A DNA stretch of 64,000 nt from an uncultured bacterium (GCA_903958395.1 CAJBSZ010000008.1:2394-66393); one strand, 5' to 3'. Counted from the stretch's first letter, positions 9,070-19,115 are shown. A program made the numbers and translations. The notes: generated from the sequence alone by a model not told the origin.

Positions 9070-12036
9070 ATGAGATTCAACGCTATACTCTGCGTCTTCA
9101 CGGCTGTCCTGGTAAGTTCCATGGTGGGGCATCAGGGTTTTTCACAAGGGCAGGATGCGGGCACTCAAGTTTTGCTTCAGGAGATGAATCAGCCTGCGGG
9201 CGATGCAGGGGCCGCAGCAGCTGTGCCGGGTGATGCCGAGAAAAAGCCGGAGGCTCCGGTTATTGAAGAACTTACGCCAGCGCCCGTTGTGGCCGCTCCG
9301 GTTGTTGAAGAACTTACGCCAGCGCCCGCGCCCGTTGTGGCCGCTCCGGCCATTGAAGAGCTTGCGCCAGCGCCAGCGCCCGTTGTGGCCGCTCCGGCCA
9401 TTGAAGAGCTTGCGCCAGCGCCAGCGCCCGTTGCGGTCGCTCCGGTTGTTGAAGAACTTACGCCAGCGCCAGCCCCCGTTGTGGTCGCTCCGGTTGTTGA
9501 AGTACCGGCGAAGCCGGTTTCGGAGCCCGTTGTCGCCGCTCCGGTGGCTGAGGTGGCGGTTTCTCCTGATGCGGGCGTGAAAAATGCGCTGGAAGCGGCC
9601 ATAAAAAACATGGGGACTGAGGAACGCGTCAAGATTGCGACCACGATGGCGGATCAGGAAGTCGTCCGGCGCAAGGCTCGCGAATTGGATGGACGTCTAG
9701 CCATGGAAAGTGCCGACAAGGCGTTAAAGAATGGGGATTACGCCGCAGCGGGTGACCAGTATAAGATCGCGCTTGCCAAATTGCCGGTGGTTCCCCAGTG
9801 CCTGGCGCTCCGGAATCGCGCTACCGCGCAGATTCCGGAATGTGAATACCAGCTTATCCGGAAAATGGTGAAGGAGGGCAAGGAGGGTGAAGCCGCCCTG
9901 CAGGGGCGTGAGTTCCTCAAGCAGCGCCCCAATAATCCCCGGCTTGCCTCCCTGCTTGACGCGATGAAGAAAAAGGATGAGGCGAGCGCGCCGGAAGCCG
10001 TTGCCGAAGTGAATCCCGGCGAAACGGATGTTGAGAGATATATGAGACTTGGCCGGGAATTCATGATGAAACGCGAGTATGCGGAATCAAGAGCCCGCTT
10101 TGAGTCCGTGCTGGGGCTCGACCCCGATAACCGCGAGGCCATGCGTTATCTGAAGGTTCTTGGCGAGCGGGAATACGGGAACAAGACGGCGGAACGTGAT
10201 GCCACCGCCCGGAAAATGACGGCGGAAGTCCGCGATGCCTGGAATTCAAAATACAAAGTCGTCAAGGGCAAGGAAGCCCCGGGTCCGACGGTGACCACCA
10301 CGCCCAACAATGTTCTTGAAGAAAAAATGAAGAAGATCGTCATTGACGAAATCGAGTTTCGTCAGGCGAATATGCATGATGTTGTGGATTTCCTGAACAA
10401 GCGGAGCCGGGACTGTGACAAGAGCACGGATGATGAGTCCAAGAAGGGGGTCAATATCATCCTCAATCTTGGTCAGGGCGCGGCCGCGGCACCGAAACCG
10501 GCCGCTGCGGCAGGCGGGGATGATATTTTCGGGGCTCCTGCCGAAAAGACGGGCTCTTCGGGGGCGTCCGAGGTGACATTTTCGGCGCGGTACATCACGC
10601 TTTATAATGCCCTTAAAATCATCACCAGTGTGGCCGGACTGAAATGGCGCATGGACGGCGAAGTCGTGATGATTGTGCCTCTGGATTGGTCGCCCGACTC
10701 CATGGAAATGCGCATGTATCCCGTTGAGCCGACCTTTATTGAGCGTGTTCAGCAGGCAGGGACCGCGATGCCGACGGTCAGTCGCATCGGGGGGCGTGAA
10801 AAGGTTTCCCTGGATGCGGGTGCCGGGATCGGGGATGCGGTACCGTCCGACCTCAAGGGGTATTTTTCGAACATGGGCGTCAATTTCCCCAAAGGGTCTT
10901 CCATCACTTATAATTCCGCCATTGGGAAAGTTATTGTGGCCAACACGGCAGATAACTTGATTGTCTTCGAGAGAATTCTTTCCGAATTGAACGTGGTGCC
11001 CAAACAGGTTGAAATTGAGGCGCGCTTTGTCGAGGTCAATGAAACCGACATGTATGAGGCCGGTCTGGAATGGTTGCTGACGGATAATTGGGAGATGATG
11101 GTCAAGAATAACGCGAATCCCTTCGCTCCGATTTCTTCCAGTCCCCGCATTCAGATGAATGCTGGTGCGACAGCCGGCGGGTTGACCCGTGGATTGCGGT
11201 TTTATGGTCCCGATGCCAATGGAAAAGATATTCCGCTTGGAGCTGGAAAGGGATCCTCGGGTGCCCTGGCGAGCATTGCCGGAGTGCTGACCAATCCGGA
11301 TATCACCATGATTCTTCACGCCTTGGAGCAGAATGGGAATGCGGATCTATTATCCGCCCCGAAGGTAACGACTCAATCCGGAAACGAGGCTACCATCAAG
11401 GTGGTGATCGAGTATATCTATCCGAGCTCCTTTCAGATTCAGGGCGGTACGATCGGTCAGAACGGCGGCGGCGGTGGAAACAATCAGGCGAACATGATTC
11501 AGGAAACAACCGTAACTCCCCAGGACTTCACGACCCGCGAGGTGGGCGTTATCCTGAATGTAATGCCGGAAGTTAGTCCGGATGGAAACATGATCAACCT
11601 GACCATGAAGCCCCAGGTGGTTACTGAGCCGATTTGGTACCAGTACGGTTCGACTGTGCGCCGTGCTGACGGTTCTGAGCAGACATTGAATATGCCGCAG
11701 CCCTTCTTTCAAGTTCGTTCGGTTGAGACAAAGATTTCGATCTATGATGGTGCCACCGTGGTCATGGGTGGCCTGATCACCGAGGCGTTGGAAAAGACGA
11801 ACGACAAGATTCCGATTCTGGGCGATATTCCCCTTCTGGGCGCGTTCTTCCGCTCCAAGTCGGAGAAAAGCGTCAAAAAGAATCTGCTGATTTTTGTGAC
11901 CGCCAAACTGGTGGATCCGAGCGGGCAGTTGATCCGGAAGCCGGATCAGGACTCCGTCAAGCCCGGCGCGAAGGATAAACCGTCCGCCCTGGGTGGGGGT
12001 ATGACTGTTCCTGCTGCGATGACGCCCGGTCAATAA
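9070..12036 (+). CDS. pilQ: Secretin (PilQ/GspD family) with N-terminal Ala/Pro-rich tandem-repeat linker
   Basis: RBS aaggag. Signal peptide. C-terminal secretin box VVMGGLI...IPILGDIPLLGAFFRSKSEKSVKKNLLIFVTAKLVD. N0/N1-like region. 988 aa. Confidence 0.85.
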   Translation: MRFNAILCVFTAVLVSSMVGHQGFSQGQDAGTQVLLQEMNQPAGDAGAAAAVPGDAEKKPEAPVIEELTPAPVVAAPVVEELTPAPAPVVAAPAIEELAPAPAPVVAAPAIEELAPAPAPVAVAPVVEELTPAPAPVVVAPVVEVPAKPVSEPVVAAPVAEVAVSPDAGVKNALEAAIKNMGTEERVKIATTMADQEVVRRKARELDGRLAMESADKALKNGDYAAAGDQYKIALAKLPVVPQCLALRNRATAQIPECEYQLIRKMVKEGKEGEAALQGREFLKQRPNNPRLASLLDAMKKKDEASAPEAVAEVNPGETDVERYMRLGREFMMKREYAESRARFESVLGLDPDNREAMRYLKVLGEREYGNKTAERDATARKMTAEVRDAWNSKYKVVKGKEAPGPTVTTTPNNVLEEKMKKIVIDEIEFRQANMHDVVDFLNKRSRDCDKSTDDESKKGVNIILNLGQGAAAAPKPAAAAGGDDIFGAPAEKTGSSGASEVTFSARYITLYNALKIITSVAGLKWRMDGEVVMIVPLDWSPDSMEMRMYPVEPTFIERVQQAGTAMPTVSRIGGREKVSLDAGAGIGDAVPSDLKGYFSNMGVNFPKGSSITYNSAIGKVIVANTADNLIVFERILSELNVVPKQVEIEARFVEVNETDMYEAGLEWLLTDNWEMMVKNNANPFAPISSSPRIQMNAGATAGGLTRGLRFYGPDANGKDIPLGAGKGSSGALASIAGVLTNPDITMILHALEQNGNADLLSAPKVTTQSGNEATIKVVIEYIYPSSFQIQGGTIGQNGGGGGNNQANMIQETTVTPQDFTTREVGVILNVMPEVSPDGNMINLTMKPQVVTEPIWYQYGSTVRRADGSEQTLNMPQPFFQVRSVETKISIYDGATVVMGGLITEALEKTNDKIPILGDIPLLGAFFRSKSEKSVKKNLLIFVTAKLVDPSGQLIRKPDQDSVKPGAKDKPSALGGGMTVPAAMTPGQ
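9256..9505 (+). repeat. About five tandem copies of a 42-48 nt coding repeat (gttgttgaagaacttacgccagcgcc[cgcgcc]cgttgtggccgctccg) inside the secretin gene
   Basis: Directly visible repeated DNA encoding (V/I)EEL(T/A)PAP(AP)VVAAP units. The shadow frames on both strands also show periodic proteins. Confidence 0.8.
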
Positions 12037-12041
12037 CGGGT

Positions 12042-12917
12042 ATGGTTATGAGCGCCCGAAGACTTCTTCTGGTTGACGGGACTCAACTCTTTTACCGGTC
12101 TTTCTTCGGCATCAGGGGGCTTTCAACTCATGAGGGACAACCCTCGAACGCCGTGTTCGGTTTCATTCGCGGGATTCATCAGCTCCTGGATGTCTGGAAT
12201 CCCTCCCATTGGGCGGTAGCCTGGGATGGCGGGTCTCCCAAAACCCGGTTGGATCTGCTTCCCGAGTACAAGGCCCAGCGGCCCCCCATGCCCGATGATC
12301 TCAGGCGGCAGGTTGAGCCGGTTCGTGAATTTCTGAAGCTGGCCGGCATTCCCCTGATTCGCCTCGAGCAGCAGGAAGCCGATGATGTTCTGGCGTCTTT
12401 GGCACATTGGGGGGAGCGGAATGTTGATGACGTCATCATTGTGACGAGCGACAAGGATCTCTACCAGCTGGTTTCTGAGAAAACCGGAATGGCGGCCTGG
12501 GGCAAGGATGATAAACGACTTGGACGGGCTGAGGTTTTTGAAAAAACAGGGGTCCATCCCGGTCAGATTATCGAGTGGCTGGCCTTAACGGGGGATGCCG
12601 TGGACAACATTTCCGGGGTCGAGGGGATGGGACCCAAGACGGCGGCCAAACTACTGGGGCAATTCGGATCCCTTGACGTCATGTGGTCCCGTCTGGATGA
12701 GATTCACTCCGCGCGGATTCGCGCTAACCTGATTACCCAGCGGGATCGTGTGGAGCGGAACCTCGCGCTGGTCAGACTTCGGATCGATCTGCCCTGTTGT
12801 CCCGAATGGGATACCCTTGCCGTGAAGCCTGAATGGCCTGCCGTTATGAGACCCTTTTATGCCCGGATGGATTTTCATTCCCTGATCAAGGCTTCCGATC
12901 AGGGTGAATTGTTTTGA
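12042..12917 (+). CDS. 5'-3' exonuclease (Pol I N-terminal / FEN-like family)
   Basis: LLLVDGTQLFYRSFF...AVFGFIRG...VAWDGGSPKTRLDLLPEYKAQR...SDKDLYQL, followed by a C-terminal helix-hairpin-helix region. Confidence 0.8.
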   Translation: MVMSARRLLLVDGTQLFYRSFFGIRGLSTHEGQPSNAVFGFIRGIHQLLDVWNPSHWAVAWDGGSPKTRLDLLPEYKAQRPPMPDDLRRQVEPVREFLKLAGIPLIRLEQQEADDVLASLAHWGERNVDDVIIVTSDKDLYQLVSEKTGMAAWGKDDKRLGRAEVFEKTGVHPGQIIEWLALTGDAVDNISGVEGMGPKTAAKLLGQFGSLDVMWSRLDEIHSARIRANLITQRDRVERNLALVRLRIDLPCCPEWDTLAVKPEWPAVMRPFYARMDFHSLIKASDQGELF

Positions 12918-12969
12918 ATGCTTCCCTAAAACCGTTGACTCCTTAACGGCATCCTATATTCTTTTCGGC

Positions 12970-14241
12970 ATGAAAGTTTTAGTGATTGGCGGAGGGGGGC
13001 GGGAACATGCCCTGGTTTGGAAGTTGGTTCACGACAGCCGCAAGCCGGAGGTCTTCTGTGCGCCTGGTAATGCCGGGACGGCGGAGTTGGCGACGAATTT
13101 GGATATCGGCGCTGAGGATATGCGGGGCATTGTGGCCTGGGCGTGCGCCAATCGACCCGATCTGACGGTAGTGGGCCCGGAGGCGCCTCTTTGCGCCGGC
13201 CTCACGGATCTTCTTGAAAAAGAGGGCCTGCGCGTGTTCGGTCCCTCCAAAGAGGCTGCCCGGATGGAGGGGAGCAAGGTTTTTGCCAAGGACGTCATGG
13301 TGGCGGCAGGCGTGTCCACCGCCCAGTCCAGTACCTTTACGGATGCCGCGAAGGCTCTGGACTTTATCCATGATATCGGGGTACCGATCGTGATCAAGGC
13401 CGAGGGGCTTGCCGCCGGGAAAGGCGTCACAGTGTGCGTCACTCTGCAGGAGGCCGAACGGGCGGTTCATGAGTCTCTGGTGGAGGGTGCCTTCGGCGAT
13501 GCCGGGCGAAGGATTCTTGTTGAGGAATTTCTCGAGGGCGAGGAAGTATCCGTGCTGGCCCTGACCGACGGCGTGCACGTGGTGTTGTTGGCCAGTGCCC
13601 AGGATCATAAGCGGGCGTTTGACAACGATCAGGGCCCCAACACCGGCGGCATGGGGGCGTATTCACCCGCTCCGATTCTCACGCCCGAACTGATGCCGGT
13701 CATCGAGCGGGAGGTGTTCGGAAGGACGCTGACGGAGTTGAAGAGCCGGGGAATTCATTACAAAGGGGTGCTCTATGCAGGCCTGATGATGACCAAGGCG
13801 GGGCCCAAGGTTCTTGAATTTAACTGTCGTTTCGGGGATCCGGAGACCCAAGTGATTTTGCCGCGGATTGAAGGCGACTTGATTCCGGCTCTGGAAGCCT
13901 GTATTGACGGCACGCTCGGTCCCGGATTGATTCGCTACAAGCCTGAGCCCTGTGTGTGTGTCGTCATGGCTGCCGGGGGGTATCCGGGCACTTATCAGAA
14001 GGGCAAGGAGATCCGGGGGCTGAAGGCGGCGGCGAAGGTGGCGGCGGCTGTTGTGTTTCATGCCGGAACCCGGCTTGAGGGCGGCAAGGTCCTGTCGGCC
14101 GGCGGACGGGTGCTGGGAGTGACCGCGCTGGGAAAGACGTTGAGGGAAGCCGTGGGCGGTGCCTATCAGGCTGTTGGAAAAATCAGTTATGATGGTGCTA
14201 TGTTCCGACGCGATATCGCGGCGAAAGCGCTCAAGAAATGA
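12970..14241 (+). CDS. purD: Phosphoribosylamine--glycine ligase
   Basis: MKVLVIGGGGREHALVWKL...CAPGNAGTA and an ATP-grasp fold. Start set at M23 of the listed ORF. Confidence 0.9.
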   Translation: MKVLVIGGGGREHALVWKLVHDSRKPEVFCAPGNAGTAELATNLDIGAEDMRGIVAWACANRPDLTVVGPEAPLCAGLTDLLEKEGLRVFGPSKEAARMEGSKVFAKDVMVAAGVSTAQSSTFTDAAKALDFIHDIGVPIVIKAEGLAAGKGVTVCVTLQEAERAVHESLVEGAFGDAGRRILVEEFLEGEEVSVLALTDGVHVVLLASAQDHKRAFDNDQGPNTGGMGAYSPAPILTPELMPVIEREVFGRTLTELKSRGIHYKGVLYAGLMMTKAGPKVLEFNCRFGDPETQVILPRIEGDLIPALEACIDGTLGPGLIRYKPEPCVCVVMAAGGYPGTYQKGKEIRGLKAAAKVAAAVVFHAGTRLEGGKVLSAGGRVLGVTALGKTLREAVGGAYQAVGKISYDGAMFRRDIAAKALKK

Positions 14242-14281
14242 TGAAGGATGAATTGTGAATGAGGAAGGCCGAGGGGTAAAA

Positions 14282-14818
14282 ATGAATAAAAAAATGGGAC
14301 GAAAGCCGGAAGTGGCCGTGGTGATGGGGAGTGATTCGGATTGGCCCCTGTTGGAGGAAACCGTTGCAACGCTGACGCATTTTGGAGTGGACTCCGAGGT
14401 GCGCGTGATGTCTGCGCACCGGACGCCGGATCTGGCGGCGGCCTTTGCGCGAAAGGCATCGGGCCAGGGCGTAAAAGTGATCATTGCCGCAGCCGGCGGA
14501 GCGGCTCATCTGGCGGGTGTGATTTGTGCACACACGTCCCTTCCGGTCATTGGCATTCCGGTGACGAGTGGATTCATGAACGGGCTGGACTCCCTTCTCT
14601 CGACCGTGCAGATGCCGGCCGGCGTGCCGGTTGCCACGGTTGCAGTGGGTAAGGCCGGTGCGGTGAATGCCGCCCTCCTTGCCGTCCAGATACTGGCCCT
14701 GAGTCAACCGGATCTGGCGCGTCAACTGGTGATCCACAAGCAGAGCTTGATTGACAAGGTGAATGCGGGGAATGACAGGATCCGGAATGAAATCGCGAAA
14801 AAATCGAAAAAAGCCTGA
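14282..14818 (+). CDS. purE: N5-carboxyaminoimidazole ribonucleotide mutase
   Basis: VAVVMGSDSDW...MSAHRTPD...AAGGAAHLAGV...IGIPV. RBS gagg before the ATG at 14282. Confidence 0.9.
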   Translation: MNKKMGRKPEVAVVMGSDSDWPLLEETVATLTHFGVDSEVRVMSAHRTPDLAAAFARKASGQGVKVIIAAAGGAAHLAGVICAHTSLPVIGIPVTSGFMNGLDSLLSTVQMPAGVPVATVAVGKAGAVNAALLAVQILALSQPDLARQLVIHKQSLIDKVNAGNDRIRNEIAKKSKKA

Positions 14819-15758
14819 GGGAACGGGCGTCTCCTTTTGTCTGGGACTCCTTTTTTTAATTTCATCAGCCTGTTCCTGTTTTGCCTCGGTCAGTCTTGAC
14901 GACATTCTGTCCTGTCTGGAAGCCCGGGGTGTCCTGGTTGACCGGTCACAGGCCGTGCGTGGTGGGATCGAGGGTATTCTTAAGTCGATTGATCCCGGTG
15001 CGTTTATCGGGGTGGATAAAACAGTCCCCGAAGCAGGCAAAGAGGTTCCGGGGAAGCCCTCAGTTGCGGCGGTTGAATTGTGGCCGGAGGATATTGCCTA
15101 CTTGAAGATCGAGGGATTGCTCAAGGGGAGCGGGCCTGAGATTTTGGATCATGTCAGGGCACTGGACAGCAAGGCCGGGATCATTTTGGATTTTCGGGGT
15201 GCGGGAGGGCAGGATCTGGATTCCGTTTCTCATCTGGCAGGCATTGGACGTCCTTCCGGGGAGCCTCTGTTTGTTGTAACGGATAATCGGGATAAGCCGA
15301 TTTCGACAAACAGGGTTGAAGCGGCGGTTTCTCTCAAAGCACCGCTGATGGTGCTTGTTGATGACCAGACCCGGCTGGCGGCGGAGGCCCTGGTTGCCCT
15401 GTGGCACGGGCGTCCCGGGATTATGGTGATTGGTTCGGCCACCTCCGGTGAGCTTCGTTTTCGGGAGGCGCTGGCTCTGCCGGACGGCCAGGTCATTACC
15501 CTGACAACCCGGAAACTCCATCTTCTTGAAGCCGTTTCGTATGAAGACTGTGGAATCCGGCCCGATGTGGAAGTGGGTCGTGGCGTGGACGCGGGGAATG
15601 CCATGCTGTCCGCAACCAATTCACCGGCCCGGCCGCTCAGCGTCAAATCGGAGCGGGATCGGGAACTGATGCAGCGGGTGGATCAGGATGCGGCCCTGCG
15701 GCGGGCTACAGACATTCTTCTGGGGCTTCGCGTCTTGAGCGGTTATGGCCAGCGCTAA
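14787..15758 (+). CDS. S41 (C-terminal processing peptidase)-like protein with substituted catalytic dyad; secreted/lipoprotein-like
   Basis: ILDFRGAGGQDL resembles the S41 ILDLRNNPGG motif, and GIRPDVEV resembles GIEPDIEV. The Ser-containing GSASASE box reads DDQTRLAAE, and the Lys box TFGKGS reads SATSGE. The start is ambiguous and overlaps the purE end. Confidence 0.55.
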   Translation: MKSRKNRKKPEGTGVSFCLGLLFLISSACSCFASVSLDDILSCLEARGVLVDRSQAVRGGIEGILKSIDPGAFIGVDKTVPEAGKEVPGKPSVAAVELWPEDIAYLKIEGLLKGSGPEILDHVRALDSKAGIILDFRGAGGQDLDSVSHLAGIGRPSGEPLFVVTDNRDKPISTNRVEAAVSLKAPLMVLVDDQTRLAAEALVALWHGRPGIMVIGSATSGELRFREALALPDGQVITLTTRKLHLLEAVSYEDCGIRPDVEVGRGVDAGNAMLSATNSPARPLSVKSERDRELMQRVDQDAALRRATDILLGLRVLSGYGQR

Positions 15759-16815
15759 ATCCAAAATTCTAGTGGTTAATCCGGTTCATCCGGAACCCGC
15801 TCTTATTTCAGAGGCGACCCGGGCGTTGCGATCCGGCGGCCTGATCATATTGCCGACCGAGACGGTCTATGGGGTTGCCGCCGATCCCGGTGTGGAAGGC
15901 GCCGCTGAACGGATTTATGCCGCCAAGGAACGGGATCGCGGCAAGCCGATTCCCCTGTTGGCGTCCGGACTGGACGCGGTGGAGCAACAAAAGGCAATTT
16001 TTCCTCTCTGGGCGAGACGGTTGGCGAAGCGGTACTGGCCGGGGCCGCTCACTCTCGTTCTAAAATGTGGCGTGCGTACGGAGGGCTTTCGAGTTCCTGA
16101 TCATACCGTGGCGTTGGCTGTTTTAAAGGCGGCTGGAGGCCTCCTGCGGGTTACCAGTGCCAATATCAGCGGAGCGCCTGCGGCACGGACGGTCACGGCC
16201 GCCCTGGAGGCACTGGGTGACAGCGTGACCCTTGCCCTGGATGCGGGGCAGGCTGGACTGGGCGTGGAAAGTACGGTCGTGGATGCCACCGGGGACGTTC
16301 CCGTAATTCTCCGGCAGGGGGCTCTTCCCCGTGAGACGGTCATGGCGCGGCCTCTGGTTCTTTTTGTCTGTACCGGCAATACCTGCCGCAGTCCCATGGC
16401 GGCGCTTCTGGCGCGGCATTGGCTGGGAAAAAAATCAGAGTGGGAGGTGGCCTCGGCGGGGGTGTCGGCCATTCCCGGCCAGCGGGCCAGTGAAGGCGCG
16501 ATCGAGGTAAGCGCCGAGAAAAACCTGGATCTAGCGGATCACCGTAGCCAGCCTCTGGCACAGGCCCGGATTGACGCTGCCGATCTGGTTGTGGTAATGA
16601 CGGAAGCTCACAAACGCGCGGTAATCCTCCGTTTCCCCGGTGTGGCGGGGAGGGTTGTGATGCTTAATGATTTCAATGCGCGTCATCAGGGGGAGGATGT
16701 TCCGGATCCCTTTGGAATGAAGGTCGATGTCTATCGGACCATTCGCGACGAGATTGAGGCGGCCATGCCGGAATTGGTGATGCATTTGCGTGGATTGTAC
16801 AGATCGGGAAACTGA
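15745..16815 (+). CDS. tsaC: Fusion protein: L-threonylcarbamoyladenylate synthase (TsaC/YrdC/Sua5 domain) plus low-molecular-weight protein phosphatase
   Basis: N-terminal half [11 protein letters not shown]...[17 protein letters not shown] is YrdC-like. C-terminal half [18 protein letters not shown] is the LMW-PTP CX5R P-loop. Confidence 0.8.
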   Translation: MASAKSKILVVNPVHPEPALISEATRALRSGGLIILPTETVYGVAADPGVEGAAERIYAAKERDRGKPIPLLASGLDAVEQQKAIFPLWARRLAKRYWPGPLTLVLKCGVRTEGFRVPDHTVALAVLKAAGGLLRVTSANISGAPAARTVTAALEALGDSVTLALDAGQAGLGVESTVVDATGDVPVILRQGALPRETVMARPLVLFVCTGNTCRSPMAALLARHWLGKKSEWEVASAGVSAIPGQRASEGAIEVSAEKNLDLADHRSQPLAQARIDAADLVVVMTEAHKRAVILRFPGVAGRVVMLNDFNARHQGEDVPDPFGMKVDVYRTIRDEIEAAMPELVMHLRGLYRSGN

Positions 16816-16835
16816 ACGCAGGAAGGATTTTGATT

Positions 16836-18518
16836 ATGAGAATGGCGATTGGTGCGGATCACGGCGGATTTGAACTCAAGGAAGCCCTGAAAAAGGTCAT
16901 GAAGAAGCAGGGTATCGTTGTCGAGGATGTCGGATGCGACAGCGTAGAAGCCGTGGACTATCCCGATTACGCCCGCATGGTGGCCGAGATGGTTTCGGAG
17001 GGACTTGTGGCCCAGGGGGTGCTGATCTGCCGGACAGGGATCGGCATGAGTATGGCTGCCAATAAATATCCGCGGGTGCGCGCCGCCTTGTGTCTGACGC
17101 CGGAAATGGCGCAGGCGACCCGGCTTCATAATGATGCGAATGTGCTGGTTCTGGGGAGCGATCTGGTGAAGCCGGCTCAGGCGGAATCCATTTTCTCGGC
17201 CTGGCTCAAGCAGCCGTTCGCGAATGAGGATCGGCATCAGCGACGCGTCGACAAGATTGGCGCCATGGGCGGCGTGGCCGTGGAAGTGGCCTCAGTGTCG
17301 GCCGTGGATCCTGAGATCTACAACGCCATCAAGCATGAGGAAGAGCGCGAGCTCAGGACAATAGACCTGATCGCCTCCGAGAATTACACCAGTCGGGCCA
17401 TTCGCGAGGCGCAGGGCTCCGTGATGACCAATAAGTACGCCGAGGGCTACCCCGGGAAACGCTATTATGCCGGGTGTGAGTTTGTGGATGTGGCCGAACA
17501 GCTCGCTATCGACCGGGCCAAGGCCTTGTTCGGAGCCGAACACGCCAATGTGCAACCCCATTGCGGCAGTTCCGCCAATATGGCGGTCTATTTTTCGGCT
17601 CTGCAGGCGGGGGATACCATTCTGGCCATGAGTCTCGCCCATGGCGGCCACCTGACGCACGGCCACAAGGTCAATTTCTCCGGCCGGTTTTTCAAGATTG
17701 TACCTTACGGGGTCAATCAAAAAACAGAAATGATCGACTATGATGAGCTCGCGGCCCTTGCGGCTCAGAGCAAGCCGAAACTGGTTGTGGCCGGTGCGAG
17801 CGCCTATCCGCGTGTCCTGGACTTCAAGCGGTTGCGCGAAATCGCCGACAGCGTGGGGGCCATGCTTATGGTGGATATGGCCCACATTGCGGGCCTGATT
17901 GCCGCGGGCGTGCATCCCAGTCCGGTTCCCTACGCCGATTTTGTTACTACGACCACGCATAAAACCCTTCGTGGCCCGCGTAGCGGCATGGTGCTTTGCA
18001 AGGCCAAATACGCCCAGGAGATTGATAAGCAGGTTTTTCCCGGGCTTCAGGGCGGCCCCCTGATGCACACCATTGCCGCCAAGGCAATCTGCTTCAAGGA
18101 GGCCATGGCGCCTGAGTTCAAGGTGTACCAGAAGCAGGTGGTGAAGAATGCCCAGGTGCTGGCGGCCTATCTGGCCAAGCACGGCATGCGGATTGTGTCG
18201 GGCGGGACGGATAACCATCTTATGCTGGTGGATCTGACCCCGCTCGGGACGACTGGCAAGGATGCGTCCTGCGCCCTGGAGAAGGCCGGAATTATTGTTA
18301 ACAAGAATGCGATTCCGTTTGATACCCGCCCGCCGGCCGTGACATCCGGGGTGCGTATCGGTACACCGGCCGTCACCACCCGTGGCATGAAGGAAGCCGA
18401 GATGGAACGGCTCGGTGGCTGGATTGTGGACGCGGTCAAGGTTCAGGCCGATGAGGCGGCTCTGGCCCGGATCAAGGCGGAAGTGGTGGCAACAGCGGTA
18501 AAGTTCTCGATTCCCTGA
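16836..18518 (+). CDS. glyA: Fusion protein: ribose-5-phosphate isomerase B (RpiB/LacAB) plus serine hydroxymethyltransferase
   Basis: [15 protein letters not shown]...[15 protein letters not shown]...RHQRRVDKI is Rpi[11 protein letters not shown]...[20 protein letters not shown]...NVQPH and the PLP-lysine region [11 protein letters not shown] are GlyA. RBS ggaagg. The listed ORF begins with TTG, so the start was moved to the ATG. Confidence 0.85.
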   Translation: MRMAIGADHGGFELKEALKKVMKKQGIVVEDVGCDSVEAVDYPDYARMVAEMVSEGLVAQGVLICRTGIGMSMAANKYPRVRAALCLTPEMAQATRLHNDANVLVLGSDLVKPAQAESIFSAWLKQPFANEDRHQRRVDKIGAMGGVAVEVASVSAVDPEIYNAIKHEEERELRTIDLIASENYTSRAIREAQGSVMTNKYAEGYPGKRYYAGCEFVDVAEQLAIDRAKALFGAEHANVQPHCGSSANMAVYFSALQAGDTILAMSLAHGGHLTHGHKVNFSGRFFKIVPYGVNQKTEMIDYDELAALAAQSKPKLVVAGASAYPRVLDFKRLREIADSVGAMLMVDMAHIAGLIAAGVHPSPVPYADFVTTTTHKTLRGPRSGMVLCKAKYAQEIDKQVFPGLQGGPLMHTIAAKAICFKEAMAPEFKVYQKQVVKNAQVLAAYLAKHGMRIVSGGTDNHLMLVDLTPLGTTGKDASCALEKAGIIVNKNAIPFDTRPPAVTSGVRIGTPAVTTRGMKEAEMERLGGWIVDAVKVQADEAALARIKAEVVATAVKFSIP

Positions 18519-18527
18519 CGGGGTGGC

Positions 18528-19064
18528 ATGATTCTTCGAGACCTGACTTCTGACGAGATGGCGGCCGTCGAAAAGATCGGCGCCGCGCACGTTTACGACC
18601 CGGGTCAGGTCATCCTCCATGAGGGCGAGGCGGGATGTTCGTTTTTTCTGATCCTGGATGGCCGGGTGGAAGTACGCAAGGCCATTGGGCTTAACAAGCA
18701 CAAGAAGCTGGTGGAGCTGGGCCCGCTCGATATTTTCGGGGAAGTCTGTTTCCTAGGCGTGGAGTCCCGCTCCGCGAGTGTGCTGACCCTGGAGCGAACC
18801 CATGTCATGGAGTTTTCGAGGGTTGAGTTCGAGAAGCTGATTACCGCTCGCCCCTCGATAGGATTGAAGTTATACCGCAGCATTGCCCGCGAACTGGCGC
18901 AGCGATTATCCAGGGTGGATGGGGAGCTCAAGGATGCCATTATCTGGGCACTGGGTGACCTCAAGACCTCCGTCGATCCCACCGTGGTGAATTCACGGAA
19001 GCTTTCTATTCTGCCTCAGTCAATTGCCGGAATCCAGCCATCACGAGTTGTGATCGGGGACTGA
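18528..19064 (+). CDS. Cyclic-nucleotide-binding (cNMP/Crp-type) domain protein
   Basis: VILHEGEAGCSFFLILDGRVEV...FGEVCFLG...RSASV is the cNMP-binding beta-roll. No HTH was recognised. Confidence 0.7.
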   Translation: MILRDLTSDEMAAVEKIGAAHVYDPGQVILHEGEAGCSFFLILDGRVEVRKAIGLNKHKKLVELGPLDIFGEVCFLGVESRSASVLTLERTHVMEFSRVEFEKLITARPSIGLKLYRSIARELAQRLSRVDGELKDAIIWALGDLKTSVDPTVVNSRKLSILPQSIAGIQPSRVVIGD

Positions 19065-19115
19065 GCGGGGCTCGAAATAATTTACTTAAGCGTTTAAATA
19101 AGGGATTTTTCGAGG

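Noticed and set aside
9203-9644. Periodic proteins on both strands across 9200..9640 (RPLWPLRLLKNLRQ..., TGAGAGASSS...)
   Set aside because: They are frame-shifted or antisense readings of the tandem repeat within the secretin gene, not separate genes.
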